From contig JAHPZE010000001.1 of the NCBI GenBank assembly GCA_019058365.1, positions 160,001 to 224,000 on the forward strand: a DNA stretch of 64,000 nt. Reading direction: 5' to 3'. The DNA comes from Promethearchaeota archaeon (lineage in GTDB: Archaea > Asgardarchaeota > Lokiarchaeia > Sigyniarchaeales > SOKP01). Shown piece after piece: positions 19,172 through 28,563 of the stretch. How positions within the stretch are numbered: the first letter of the stretch is position 1; each line of letters starts with the position of its first letter. The translations under genes were made by a program, and so were the position numbers. The notes beneath the pieces are model-generated. The model saw only the letters and a program-made list of their open reading frames with translations, ran no database searches and had not been told where the DNA came from.

Positions 19172-20083
19172 TTATTTATATAAAATTTTTTCTTTCCAAG
19201 TATCGAAATAATATACTTTATACATAATATCAAAAATGAGTGAATCAATATTTTCTTTTTTTATATTCTCAACTAGTTCAGTAAGTTCTTTCATAGTATC
19301 CGCCCAAACCCAGCATAAAATTACATTGGGGAGATTACTAAAGGTCCAGCAATAAAAGAGGTTTGGATGATATTTTTCATTTAACAATTGAGCAGCTTCG
19401 TTTTTATCAACCGAAGGTTTTACAATTATCTGGAAGGTGGCAAAAATATCATTTGAAGCTTCGGGATTGAAATCAATAGATAGTTCAATTATACCTTCCT
19501 TAATCATTCTGGTTAAACGTCGACGAATAGTATTTGAGGTGCTATTAACTTCATCTGCAACTTCTGATATAGGTTTTCTTGAATCGTTATGGAGTGATCG
19601 AATAATCTCTAAATCAAGTTTATCATAATTCATTGCTCTTGATTTTGGAACTATGTATGGGATTGGTGCGATATATTGTACTCCTGAAAGTAATCCTATT
19701 TTTGGAGATTGAATTTTAGCAGCTTTGGAGATAAAGGAAGAATACTCATCTAATTGATGAATATTTTCTAACATTGCTCCTATATACATATAATTTCTAC
19801 TTGACAATGCAATCTGCCAAGTATTATCATTGTTTTTTAATTCAGTTATTGCTTTATCCATATCTTGAGTTTCACTTTGTCCAAAAATGAAAGTATAAAT
19901 AGCATTTATAGCATATGGTTTCAATCTTGCTGCGAATCTTTCTATAATTCTTAGATCTACGAGTGTTTGTACTCTTTTATATACCGCATTAATAGACACC
20001 CCTAGATAGTCTGAAATTTCTCTATATGTTAATCTTGAATTATTCATTAAAAGAAGAATAATTTTGAGATCGAGCTCATCCAT
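19172..20083 (-). CDS. Tandem (double) Lrp/AsnC-family transcriptional regulator
   Basis: Two Lrp HTH units: MDELDLKIILLLMNNSRLTYREIS...VYKRV and DKLDLEIIRSLHNDSRKPISEVA...IRRRL. Confidence 0.9.
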   Translation of the reverse strand: MDELDLKIILLLMNNSRLTYREISDYLGVSINAVYKRVQTLVDLRIIERFAARLKPYAINAIYTFIFGQSETQDMDKAITELKNNDNTWQIALSSRNYMYIGAMLENIHQLDEYSSFISKAAKIQSPKIGLLSGVQYIAPIPYIVPKSRAMNYDKLDLEIIRSLHNDSRKPISEVADEVNSTSNTIRRRLTRMIKEGIIELSIDFNPEASNDIFATFQIIVKPSVDKNEAAQLLNEKYHPNLFYCWTFSNLPNVILCWVWADTMKELTELVENIKKENIDSLIFDIMYKVYYFDTWKEKILYK

Positions 20084-20177
20084 ATGCTATATATATTTAG
20101 AAGAAATTTAATTTTTTTAGATATTTCTATTCCGTAAACATTTTAAACCTTAAGAATTTGATATTTTTTATAAAATA

Positions 20178-20414
20178 TTATTTTTTATAAGTTCCGAATT
20201 GAGGAAAGTTCTTTAATTGCTTGGAAGTGAACACTGGGTCATCTTTACAGACAGTAATGTTGATATTACCGCCAATAGAACATGACCCACATAATCACAC
20301 TCCACATTTCATTTTTCGTTCTAAACTTGCTTGAAGTTCAATTCTTCTTGAATTAGCTATTTCTAGAACTCGTTTCATCATCATTTCGGGACCACAGGTA
20401 ATAATAAGGTCACA
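20178..20414 (-). pseudogene. pyrK: 3' remnant of a dihydroorotate dehydrogenase electron-transfer subunit (PyrK-like)
   Basis: Hand translation: CDLIITCGPEMMMKRVLE...QASLERKMKCGV*LCGSCSIG...VCKDDPVF...YKK*. In-frame TGA at 20295-20297 sits where Gly is expected; the 5' part is missing. Confidence 0.8.
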
Positions 20415-20612
20415 ATGGAATTGAAGCTACTGTGAAAGATGGATTATTTCTTTGCACAGGTTGTGAAAATTGTTATTATTGGTGCCCATTTCATTAAATT
20501 TAGGTGAAATTATTAAGGCTTTAAAAAAGGAAGCTACAAAAAAGGATTGTCTCCTCCTCCTTTAAAGGAATATCAGGATAAAATCTTAAAGGAAAAAAAT
20601 CCTTTTAAATAA
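20414..20612 (+). pseudogene. 3' remnant of a 4Fe-4S (LutB/LUD-like) oxidoreductase gene
   Basis: NGIEATVKDGLFLCTGCENCYYWCPF (CxxCxxCxxxCP), then via two frameshifts LNLGEIIKALKKEATK / GLSPPPLKEYQDKILKEKNPFK*. No start. Confidence 0.65.
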
Positions 20613-20661
20613 TTCAAAATAAGAGAAAAAATAAAATATTTTCAGTTATTATAGTTAAACT

Positions 20662-22392
20662 ATGAAAATCGTAAGAATAAACGTAGAGAAGGAAGATATT
20701 CGATTTGACGAAATAGCTTCAGATTCAAAATATTTCCTGCGTGGTGCTAGAGGACTAAGTTCTCAAATTATTCATGATGAAGTCCCTCCATTATGTAATC
20801 CTTTAGGAAAACAAAATAAATTAGTTATTGCCAATGGTCTTCTTGGTGGTAGTCCATTTCCTTGTTCTGCCCGTACATCAATAGGAGCAAAAAGTCCCTT
20901 GACTAATGGGATAAAAGAGGCTAATGTGGGTGGTAGACCTGCTATGATGCTAGCCAGGCATGGTATAAGAGCATTAGTTTTAGAAGATATATCACCAATA
21001 TTAAAACTTATTCTAATTGATCAAGATGATATCAAGATTTTACCAGCAGAACGATATAAAGGTTTAGGTAATTATAATCTTCATTCGAAATTAAAACAAA
21101 AATATGGAGAAAATATCGGTATTTACTCGATTGGTCCTGCGGGTGAATATATAATGAACTCAGCAACTGTAGGGGCAAATGATTTAGAAGGTTATCCAAG
21201 TAGACATGCGGCCAGAGGCGGATTAGGAGCTATAATGGGTTCTAAAGGAATTAAAGCAATAGTGATAATTCCTTCAAAAAAATCTAAAGCAATTATGCAT
21301 GATATTAAAAAATTTAGAGAAGTATCGAGACCTTTTGCGAAAAAATTGGCCCAAACTAGAGAGAAATTCTCGATATTCGGTACAGCTATGATGATGGCGG
21401 CTATGAGCGGATATGGAGGTATCCCAACAAAAAATTTTCATATGGGTTCTTATGATAAAATTGATAATATTTCAGGAGAAAAACTTCATGAGCTTGTTAC
21501 TGCGAGAGGTGGTAAAAAAAGATTAGCTTGCTCTCCAACCTGTGTAATAAAATGTTCAAATTTGGTGGTTGATGAATCGGGGAATCATATTACATCAAGT
21601 CTAGAATATGAAACAATGGCTTTAAATGGCAGTAACTTGATGATTGATGATTTAGATAGTTTAGCTAAAATTGATCATCTTTGTGATGATTTAGGGCTCG
21701 ATACAATTGAGTTTGGTGGAACAGTAGGAGTTGCGATGGATTGTGGAAAGGTAGAATGGGGTGATGCTAATAAAGTGTTTGAAATTCTAGATCATGAAAT
21801 AAGAGATAACACAGAAGATGGGCAATTATATGGTAATGGAGTCAAAAAGATAGGAGAGAGATTTAATGCGAAACGAGTTCCCCACGTAAAAGGGCAAGGA
21901 ATTTCGGCTTATGATAGCAGAGTCTTTAAAGCAATGGGAGTAACTTATGCAACTTCACCTATGGGGGCAGACCATACTTCAGGCGCTGCAATTGCTGGAA
22001 GAGTGCCAAGTCAGCATAAAGACTATGGAGAATTGACGAAAAATGAAAATAAACTTGATTTATCTTTCGAATTACAGATTTATACAGCAATAATGGATTC
22101 AATGGGATGTTGCTATTTTATAGGTCCAAGCTATGAAAACATGGAAATATTAGCAAATGCGATTAATGCTATGTATGATTTAACTCTAACAAGAGAGGAT
22201 ATAATTAATATTGGGATTGATATCATAAGAATGGAACTTCAATTTAATGAGAAAGCAGGAATTACTCAAGAAATGAATGATGTTCCAGAATTTTTCAGAA
22301 ATGAACCTTCAGAACCTTTAGGTTTAAAATATACTTTTGAAAAAGTGGAATTAAAAAATTTTTGGAAAAAATTAGATGAGCATAAATTTTAG
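20662..22392 (+). CDS. aor: Aldehyde:ferredoxin oxidoreductase (tungstopterin AOR family)
   Basis: AKSPLTNGIKEANVGG, IGPAGE, AARGGLGAIMGSKGIKAI, CSPTCVIKC, EYET, CDDLGLDTIE, GADHT. Confidence 0.95.
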   Translation: MKIVRINVEKEDIRFDEIASDSKYFLRGARGLSSQIIHDEVPPLCNPLGKQNKLVIANGLLGGSPFPCSARTSIGAKSPLTNGIKEANVGGRPAMMLARHGIRALVLEDISPILKLILIDQDDIKILPAERYKGLGNYNLHSKLKQKYGENIGIYSIGPAGEYIMNSATVGANDLEGYPSRHAARGGLGAIMGSKGIKAIVIIPSKKSKAIMHDIKKFREVSRPFAKKLAQTREKFSIFGTAMMMAAMSGYGGIPTKNFHMGSYDKIDNISGEKLHELVTARGGKKRLACSPTCVIKCSNLVVDESGNHITSSLEYETMALNGSNLMIDDLDSLAKIDHLCDDLGLDTIEFGGTVGVAMDCGKVEWGDANKVFEILDHEIRDNTEDGQLYGNGVKKIGERFNAKRVPHVKGQGISAYDSRVFKAMGVTYATSPMGADHTSGAAIAGRVPSQHKDYGELTKNENKLDLSFELQIYTAIMDSMGCCYFIGPSYENMEILANAINAMYDLTLTREDIINIGIDIIRMELQFNEKAGITQEMNDVPEFFRNEPSEPLGLKYTFEKVELKNFWKKLDEHKF

Positions 22393-22447
22393 TTTCTTTT
22401 CTTAAACATTATAAAAAAAATAAATTGAAAAAAAAAATTATTTTTTT

Positions 22448-22654
22448 TTATAGGGCTCTTGAAACCGTATTTAATGCATATCCAACTGAAAAAATTAATA
22501 TCCAAGGTATAAAATCAGTGAAAAGATCCTCGAAGAGTATGGATCTAACTGGTAAGAAGATTATTTCATAAGCAATTATAAAACCACCACATATCATAAA
22601 CATTAGTCCTAAAAATTTTATTGCGCTTTTTACTAATTGTTGGTCAATTTCCAA
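22448..22654 (-). CDS. Small hypothetical membrane protein
   Basis: Two TM segments; strong GGAGGTG SD before a TTG start. Confidence 0.65.
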   Translation of the reverse strand: MEIDQQLVKSAIKFLGLMFMICGGFIIAYEIIFLPVRSILFEDLFTDFIPWILIFSVGYALNTVSRAL

Positions 22655-22930
22655 AATTTCAACACCTCCTTAAATGAGAAAATTGCTAAAGATAATACTA
22701 GATTTAAACTTTATAAAAAAAATGTAGTCCATTTTTTATAGAGTATTTAATATTATTTTTATCATATTTTGGGAGGCTATCTATAGCAATTATGTTTCTT
22801 AAAATTTATAGAATCTGAAAATATGTAGTTTTTCAATTTAGATAAAATTGGGATAATTGAATAAAATTATTCAATAAAAAAGAAATTATAATATATAATA
22901 GATATTTATCAAAATACAATTATTGGTTAG

Positions 22931-23806
22931 GTGTATTTATTGAGAATTGGGGCACACATGAGTGTTTCTGGCGGTAAACATATGGCTTTTGAAATGGGTA
23001 AAGAATTAGGATGCGAAGCAATTCAAGTTTTTGTTAGAAATGTGCGCGGTTGGACGTCTGGACCTCTTAAAAAAAAGGAAATTGATGATTTTTTAGAGAA
23101 AAAAGAGGAATTTAAAAATGAAATTTGGCCAATAATTTCTCATAATAGTTACTTGGTAAATTTAGCAAGTTTAAACAAGGAAAAATTAGAAAAATCATAT
23201 AATGCTATGATTGATGAGCTTACCAAGGTTGATCAATTATCAATAGATTATGAAAATATGCATCCCGGAGTTATTCCTATAGAGGATAAAGATAAAATTA
23301 GTAAAAAAGAAGCATTAATTCAAATTGCTGATCATTTAAATAAATTAATAGATGCAACAAAATCTTCGAAAGTCATTATATTACTTGAAACTACAGCAGG
23401 CCAAGGTAAAGGATTAGGCAATAAGTTTCACCATTTTAAAGAATTAATCAATAAAATGCAAGATAAAAATAGAATAGGTATCTGTTTTGACACAGCTCAT
23501 TCCTTTGCTGCGGGATATGATTTTACCACTAAAAAGAAATATGATGAAATGTGGAATGAATTCGATGATGTCATTGGTTTAAAGTATCTCTTTGCATTCC
23601 ATTTAAATGATACAGATAAGGAATGTGGTTCGAGAGTGGATAGACATACTCATATTGGTCAAGGTAAAATAGGGAAAGAACCTTTTAGGTTTTTTATTAA
23701 TGATGAAAGATTTAAAGATATGCCAGGAATATTAGAAACCCCAAAAAGTGATAATTTAAAAGAAGATGTAATGAATTTAAAAACTCTTAAATCTTTAAGA
23801 AAATAA
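22931..23806 (+). CDS. nfo: Endonuclease IV (AP endonuclease)
   Basis: IGAHMSVSGG, HNSYLVNLAS, HPG, LLETTAGQG, CFDTAH, HLND, DRHTHIG, ILETP. Confidence 0.95.
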   Translation: MYLLRIGAHMSVSGGKHMAFEMGKELGCEAIQVFVRNVRGWTSGPLKKKEIDDFLEKKEEFKNEIWPIISHNSYLVNLASLNKEKLEKSYNAMIDELTKVDQLSIDYENMHPGVIPIEDKDKISKKEALIQIADHLNKLIDATKSSKVIILLETTAGQGKGLGNKFHHFKELINKMQDKNRIGICFDTAHSFAAGYDFTTKKKYDEMWNEFDDVIGLKYLFAFHLNDTDKECGSRVDRHTHIGQGKIGKEPFRFFINDERFKDMPGILETPKSDNLKEDVMNLKTLKSLRK

Positions 23807-23810
23807 GATA

Positions 23811-24206
23811 TTACTCCACTTCGAACCATACAGGATCTTTACTTGTCACCAAACCTCCATAGTTTATTGTTAATTCTTCGCCTTTCTGAATACTTCTTAT
23901 AGTTTTAAATTTAATTGTGTCATTTCTATAATTATACTCATATTTAACATTTGGACTATAAGAGTGATTTATAAATTGACAGATAGTCATAGCGAGGGCC
24001 ATTTTATTTTCTAATTTATATTTTGGATTTTTCCATTCAAAACAATAATTCGAGAGAAGAGTTTTATCAATTTGTTTATATTCGTTATTCGGAATTAAAA
24101 CCACATGTGCAACATCAATTATGCTACCTTTCAGAATATCTTTTTCGGCAAAAACTCCTTTTCCTTTTTTTGATGATATAAATTTTACTTTTAGAAGATC
24201 ATTCAT
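23811..24206 (-). CDS. SET-domain lysine methyltransferase (copy 1)
   Basis: KGKGVFA, QFINHSYSPN, IQKGEELTINYG. Confidence 0.92.
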   Translation of the reverse strand: MNDLLKVKFISSKKGKGVFAEKDILKGSIIDVAHVVLIPNNEYKQIDKTLLSNYCFEWKNPKYKLENKMALAMTICQFINHSYSPNVKYEYNYRNDTIKFKTIRSIQKGEELTINYGGLVTSKDPVWFEVE

Positions 24207-24306
24207 TACTCTCTCAATTTAAAATAAAATACAACTTCAATATTAAATAATGTGAAATGTGATATAGAAAGAAATTTCTTAAAAAATTCTTTAAGAAAGA
24301 ATTATA

Positions 24307-24711
24307 TTACTCAACTTCAAACCACATAGGACTTTTATCATCAACAAATGCATTATAATTTACTAAAATTTCTTCTCCTTTCGAAATATCTTTTATGGCA
24401 GAAAATTCAATTGCTTTACTTTCATAATCGTACAGATATTTTACATTTGGTTCAAATGAATGATTAATGAATTGGCTTACACTAAGAGTTATAGCGTTTC
24501 TAAATGCAGGCATATACTCCGGATCTTCCCAAATATAGCAATAATTATACAAAATTGTTTTATAAATTTTTTTATAATCTTTATTAGGAATAGGAACTAC
24601 GTAGGCAATGTCAATAATTGTCCCATTTTTAATCGGTTTTTTAGCAAAAGCCCCTCTACCTTTTTTTTCAGAAATATGTTTTACTTCAATATATTCATGC
24701 ATAAATATCAC
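24307..24711 (-). CDS. SET-domain lysine methyltransferase (copy 2)
   Basis: KGRGAFA, QFINHSFEPN, ISKGEEILVNYN. Confidence 0.92.
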   Translation of the reverse strand: MIFMHEYIEVKHISEKKGRGAFAKKPIKNGTIIDIAYVVPIPNKDYKKIYKTILYNYCYIWEDPEYMPAFRNAITLSVSQFINHSFEPNVKYLYDYESKAIEFSAIKDISKGEEILVNYNAFVDDKSPMWFEVE

Positions 24712-24769
24712 TCAATAATTACCAATTATAATATTTATATGAATTAAAAGCTAGTAAAATTCAATACAT

Positions 24770-25198
24770 ATGATAGATAGAAATTATGTTCAAGTATTTA
24801 TATTTACAAGAAATCCATTATTTAAAGTCTTAATATTAAAAAGAACAGTAGAACGAGGAGGATTTTGGCAACCTTTATCTGGAGGCATTGAGAAAGGGGA
24901 AGATTATAATGATACGATAAAACGAGAAGTTTATGAAGAAACGGGAATAAAAGAGATAAAAAGAATAATTGATCTAAATTACAATTTTACTTACAAAACT
25001 AATAAGAATAAGAAATTAAAAAAAAAAATGAAAGACTTCTGTTTTGCTGTTGAAATTGACAAAGAAAAAGACATACAGTTAAGCTATGAACATGAAGAAT
25101 TTTTATGGTGTTCACAAAATGAAGTAAAGAATATATTAAAATGGAAATATAATCTCATTGCTTTTACTAAATTATTAAAAATACTGAATATTAAATAG
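24770..25198 (+). CDS. NUDIX hydrolase (NudB-like)
   Basis: FWQPLSGGIEKGEDYNDTIKREVYEETGI Nudix box; LSYEHEEFLW. Confidence 0.9.
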   Translation: MIDRNYVQVFIFTRNPLFKVLILKRTVERGGFWQPLSGGIEKGEDYNDTIKREVYEETGIKEIKRIIDLNYNFTYKTNKNKKLKKKMKDFCFAVEIDKEKDIQLSYEHEEFLWCSQNEVKNILKWKYNLIAFTKLLKILNIK

Positions 25199-25202
25199 TA
25201 GT

Positions 25203-25790
25203 TTATTCTACTGATGCATGCCTTTTGTCAATATCTTCTTCTGTGATATTTAATTTTACCATCAATATACTTCCTATTGAATCTAAAACTGCTAAAGCTG
25301 AAATATCAAATAAACTAGTGTAAGGTGCAAGAGTTTTATGAGTTAAAGCGACATCCTTACTTTTTCCTTTTATTTCAATTACATAATCAGATAGTCTACC
25401 TATTGTACTTTTAGGATTATTACTGAGAGAGACAATTTTTCCTCCAATTTCTTTTGCTTTTTTTGAAATTGCGACTGTGGAAGTAGTCTCTCCACTTCCA
25501 CTTACTATAATCAATAGATCTTTACTTGTATATTGATAAGTAACAGCATCCGATATAAAACATGATTTTATACCTAAATGCATTAATCTTTGAGCAAAAC
25601 ATCTTCCAATAAATCCTGATCGTCCAGCACCATAGATAAAAATTCTGTTCTTATTATTATAAATTTGTAAAATTGAATCAATTGTATTTAAAACATTGCG
25701 ACTTTTAATGGTTTCAGCATTAATTTTTATTTGACTTGCTAATTCTAGCATTGTATTATAAAATCTTTCTTGATTATTTTCAGAAGTCAT
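25203..25790 (-). CDS. hxlB: 6-phospho-3-hexuloisomerase (SIS domain)
   Basis: IFIYGAGRSG, FAQRLMHLG, SGSGET, LAPYTSLFD, KRHASVE. Confidence 0.88.
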   Translation of the reverse strand: MTSENNQERFYNTMLELASQIKINAETIKSRNVLNTIDSILQIYNNKNRIFIYGAGRSGFIGRCFAQRLMHLGIKSCFISDAVTYQYTSKDLLIIVSGSGETTSTVAISKKAKEIGGKIVSLSNNPKSTIGRLSDYVIEIKGKSKDVALTHKTLAPYTSLFDISALAVLDSIGSILMVKLNITEEDIDKRHASVE

Positions 25791-25805
25791 AGTTTTGATT
25801 TTTTT

Positions 25806-27056
25806 TTATTCTTCTTTATATTTTTCTGGATTCACACATTTCCGCCATTGCATAACAGTTTCTAACGGACCTAATCCAATTAGGAGATCTCCCTCTTCGA
25901 AAACAAAATCAGATTTAAAACTATAAATCCATTTATCTTCTCTTTTTAAAGCTATAATATGAAAACCTCGCTTATAGCGTTTATCTTGTAATTCATTATA
26001 TGTTTTGCCTTTAAAGTATGAATCTTCAGATAATGTTTCTCTAACTACGATCTCCCCAGTTTCTCTGATAGCTTGCTGTAAAATTCCATGTGGCTCAAAA
26101 CCTTTAAGAATATTTTCTGCAATATGCGCAGCAGCATCAGATATTAATTCACAACTAAACACAATTCTCATTATTCCTGTAAGATCTCGTGGTGATTCGA
26201 TTAATTTTGCTAAATCAAGAAGATCTTTTTCAAGAGCTAGATTTAAACCGTCCATTAATTCCTCCATTTCTAATACATCTTCCGAAACTTCCTCATTACT
26301 GAAGAATAGCGCTGCCAGTGCCAACTCTATCATAGTTTCTGAAATATCAGTTATTAGAATATAATTTCTTTGGATTTCTTCAACTTTTTCACAAATATCT
26401 GGATTACCAAGATCAAGGATTTGTTCTTTCTCCTCTTCTTCAATTTCAAAAGAAAAAGGTTCTTGATCATAACATAGTTTTTTTAATTCTATAATTGGTT
26501 GAATTTCTCCCTTAACAATTAAAACATCATCTATTAATATTATATCATCTCTCTCAAAAAGCCATTTTCCTTCTCTACGAATAGCAATTAAATCGACTCC
26601 ATATTTAGATCTGAAGTGTATTTCTTTCCTCGGTTGTCCGATAAATTCACACCTTTTATTAACATTTATTTTGACTATAGGTTCGGGTACATAACTAATA
26701 TCTCTAAATAATTGAGTAAAATATGAGATATCATTATTGATATATACTACTCTGGCAATATCAGATAAAGCATCAGATATTTTATCGATAGAATATCCCA
26801 TAACAACGATGGGTTCTAAACTTTTAGCTTCATCCAAACCTCCTGGTGATGCTTGAATAATTTGGAGATTAAGTAAGAATGTAAGTTCATGAATTCTTTG
26901 TTCCATTTTATAAGTTTCATCTGCTAATTCTTTATCTCCAAATTTAATCGCACTATAAGCCAAATCTATCATTAAATCGATATTTTGTTTCATTTCTCTA
27001 ATAATCTCTTTTAGAGAGAGTGGTTTGTACTTAAATTTTTTACTAGGTTTAGTCAT
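25806..27056 (-). CDS. Internally duplicated PhoU-like plus TrkA-C (RCK-C) protein
   Basis: Two units: LMIDLAYSA...DKISDA...VDLIAIRREGKW and TMIELALAA...ELISDA...FHIIALKREDKW. Confidence 0.82.
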   Translation of the reverse strand: MTKPSKKFKYKPLSLKEIIREMKQNIDLMIDLAYSAIKFGDKELADETYKMEQRIHELTFLLNLQIIQASPGGLDEAKSLEPIVVMGYSIDKISDALSDIARVVYINNDISYFTQLFRDISYVPEPIVKINVNKRCEFIGQPRKEIHFRSKYGVDLIAIRREGKWLFERDDIILIDDVLIVKGEIQPIIELKKLCYDQEPFSFEIEEEEKEQILDLGNPDICEKVEEIQRNYILITDISETMIELALAALFFSNEEVSEDVLEMEELMDGLNLALEKDLLDLAKLIESPRDLTGIMRIVFSCELISDAAAHIAENILKGFEPHGILQQAIRETGEIVVRETLSEDSYFKGKTYNELQDKRYKRGFHIIALKREDKWIYSFKSDFVFEEGDLLIGLGPLETVMQWRKCVNPEKYKEE

Positions 27057-27093
27057 ATTGTTTTATTCACTCATTTTTCATATAAATTTGTTT

Positions 27094-27645
27094 TTATATA
27101 AATATTATTATAAATACGATTAAGAATAGGGGCGTCAGAAAATCAGCTAGAGATGTAACAAATGGAATTAAAAAATTATTGGGGTCTCTCCCTCGCTTAA
27201 ATAGAAAAATAGCACCAAGAAATAATGCTATAAACATAATAGAAAAAAGCAATAAAACTGTAATTGACATAATAAAAATCATTAATAATGGGTTTACAAT
27301 TCTTATTCCTGAGATAATTCCTACTAAATAGCCTAAAAATAATAGAGAAACTAAGCTCAACAATGTAGTTATGAGTAATCCATAAAAATCTTCTTTTAAT
27401 CGATCTGATATCTGAATTTTAGGCGATAATGTTCCAATATAGAGATGTGTTGTTAATCTTGATACAAGAACCGTGGACATGTCGCCAATTAATGAATTTA
27501 ATGCAGGGATTATTAGAAGCAATATAGGAATAGCAGATAAGATCTCTTTGTTTGAAGATAAAACCGAACCTGAAATCATTCCCATAAGTGAAGATAAAAT
27601 TACAATAATTATTGATTCTTTTAAGATTTTCATATAATATTTCAT
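27094..27645 (-). CDS. MgtE/SLC41 integral-membrane half transporter
   Basis: IPALNSLIGD...SRLTTHLYIG, GRDPNNFLIPFVTSLAD. Confidence 0.85.
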   Translation of the reverse strand: MKYYMKILKESIIIVILSSLMGMISGSVLSSNKEILSAIPILLLIIPALNSLIGDMSTVLVSRLTTHLYIGTLSPKIQISDRLKEDFYGLLITTLLSLVSLLFLGYLVGIISGIRIVNPLLMIFIMSITVLLLFSIMFIALFLGAIFLFKRGRDPNNFLIPFVTSLADFLTPLFLIVFIIIFI

Positions 27646-28200
27646 TTAAGGCACCCCCAGAATTATTATAGTTAAAAGAAAGCAAAAAACTGTAGAAAAA
27701 TCGTCAACGGCTGTCATCACAGGATTTACTACATTATTTGGAGTTAATCCTTTTTTGAAAGCTAAATAATTTAACCCTGTGGAACAAGGAATGGAAATAG
27801 AAAGTGCTAAAATGATTGAAATAATTGGAATAAGAATGAAATACCCCATTGGAAGAATAGTTAATTTGAAAAAGGCTAAATTTAAGATCATTGAGAAAAT
27901 GCCTATAAAAAATGCAGTGATAATTGAGAGGGTATATGTAGCAAGAGCATTTTCGAGCCATGATCTCCTAGATAATGTTCCAATAACTAAATCTCGAGAA
28001 GTTCTAGCTATAAAAGGACCACTTAAATTACCTCTTAGAGATAAAAGCGCAGGAATCATTAATATTAAGACTAAAAAACTATCAAAATGTATAATAAAAA
28101 GGGATAAAATAATTCCAGCTAGGAGATCGCCAATGATCGAAACAATTTCTGATGGGAAGGTTTCTTTGATAATTTTACTTTTAGAATCTTGAGACTCCAT
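27646..28200 (-). CDS. MgtE/SLC41 integral-membrane half transporter
   Basis: IPALLSLRGNLSG...ARTSRDL, GLTPNNVVNPVMTAVDD. Confidence 0.85.
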   Translation of the reverse strand: MESQDSKSKIIKETFPSEIVSIIGDLLAGIILSLFIIHFDSFLVLILMIPALLSLRGNLSGPFIARTSRDLVIGTLSRRSWLENALATYTLSIITAFFIGIFSMILNLAFFKLTILPMGYFILIPIISIILALSISIPCSTGLNYLAFKKGLTPNNVVNPVMTAVDDFSTVFCFLLTIIILGVP

Positions 28201-28563
28201 ATGCCTTCCTCATCAGATTCGTTTGAGTTTAATTTATCTTTTTCGAACATTTTTTATACTAGTTTATGGTGAATTTCATTAAAAATTTATTAATAGTTTT
28301 CTTCTTATATTTTAATTAGAATCCATTATATTTAAAAATTTAGATACACCTAATTTATACAAATTAAAATTGAAAATCTGATTCTTTATTTCTGAATAGA
28401 ATTATCTTATAAAATATAACATAAATTTATTAAAAATCAATTGATATTTCTTTAATTATTTTAAATTTGACAAATAATTTTCTTATGTTAACTTACTTTT
28501 TTACTTTTAATAATTAATATTTTCAAAACCTAAACATTCATAGGAATCTAAAAAAATTTTATT

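Noticed and set aside
20295-20297. In-frame TGA in a Cys-rich Fe-S motif as possible selenocysteine
   Set aside because: It aligns to the Gly of CG(V/I)GxCGxC, not a Cys. The gene lacks its 5' part and has another lesion, so a GGA-to-TGA nonsense mutation is the simpler reading.
22856-22875. ATTGAATAA-AA-TTATTCAAT palindrome upstream of nfo
   Set aside because: Almost entirely A/T in a very AT-rich spacer, so plausible by chance; no second copy noticed.
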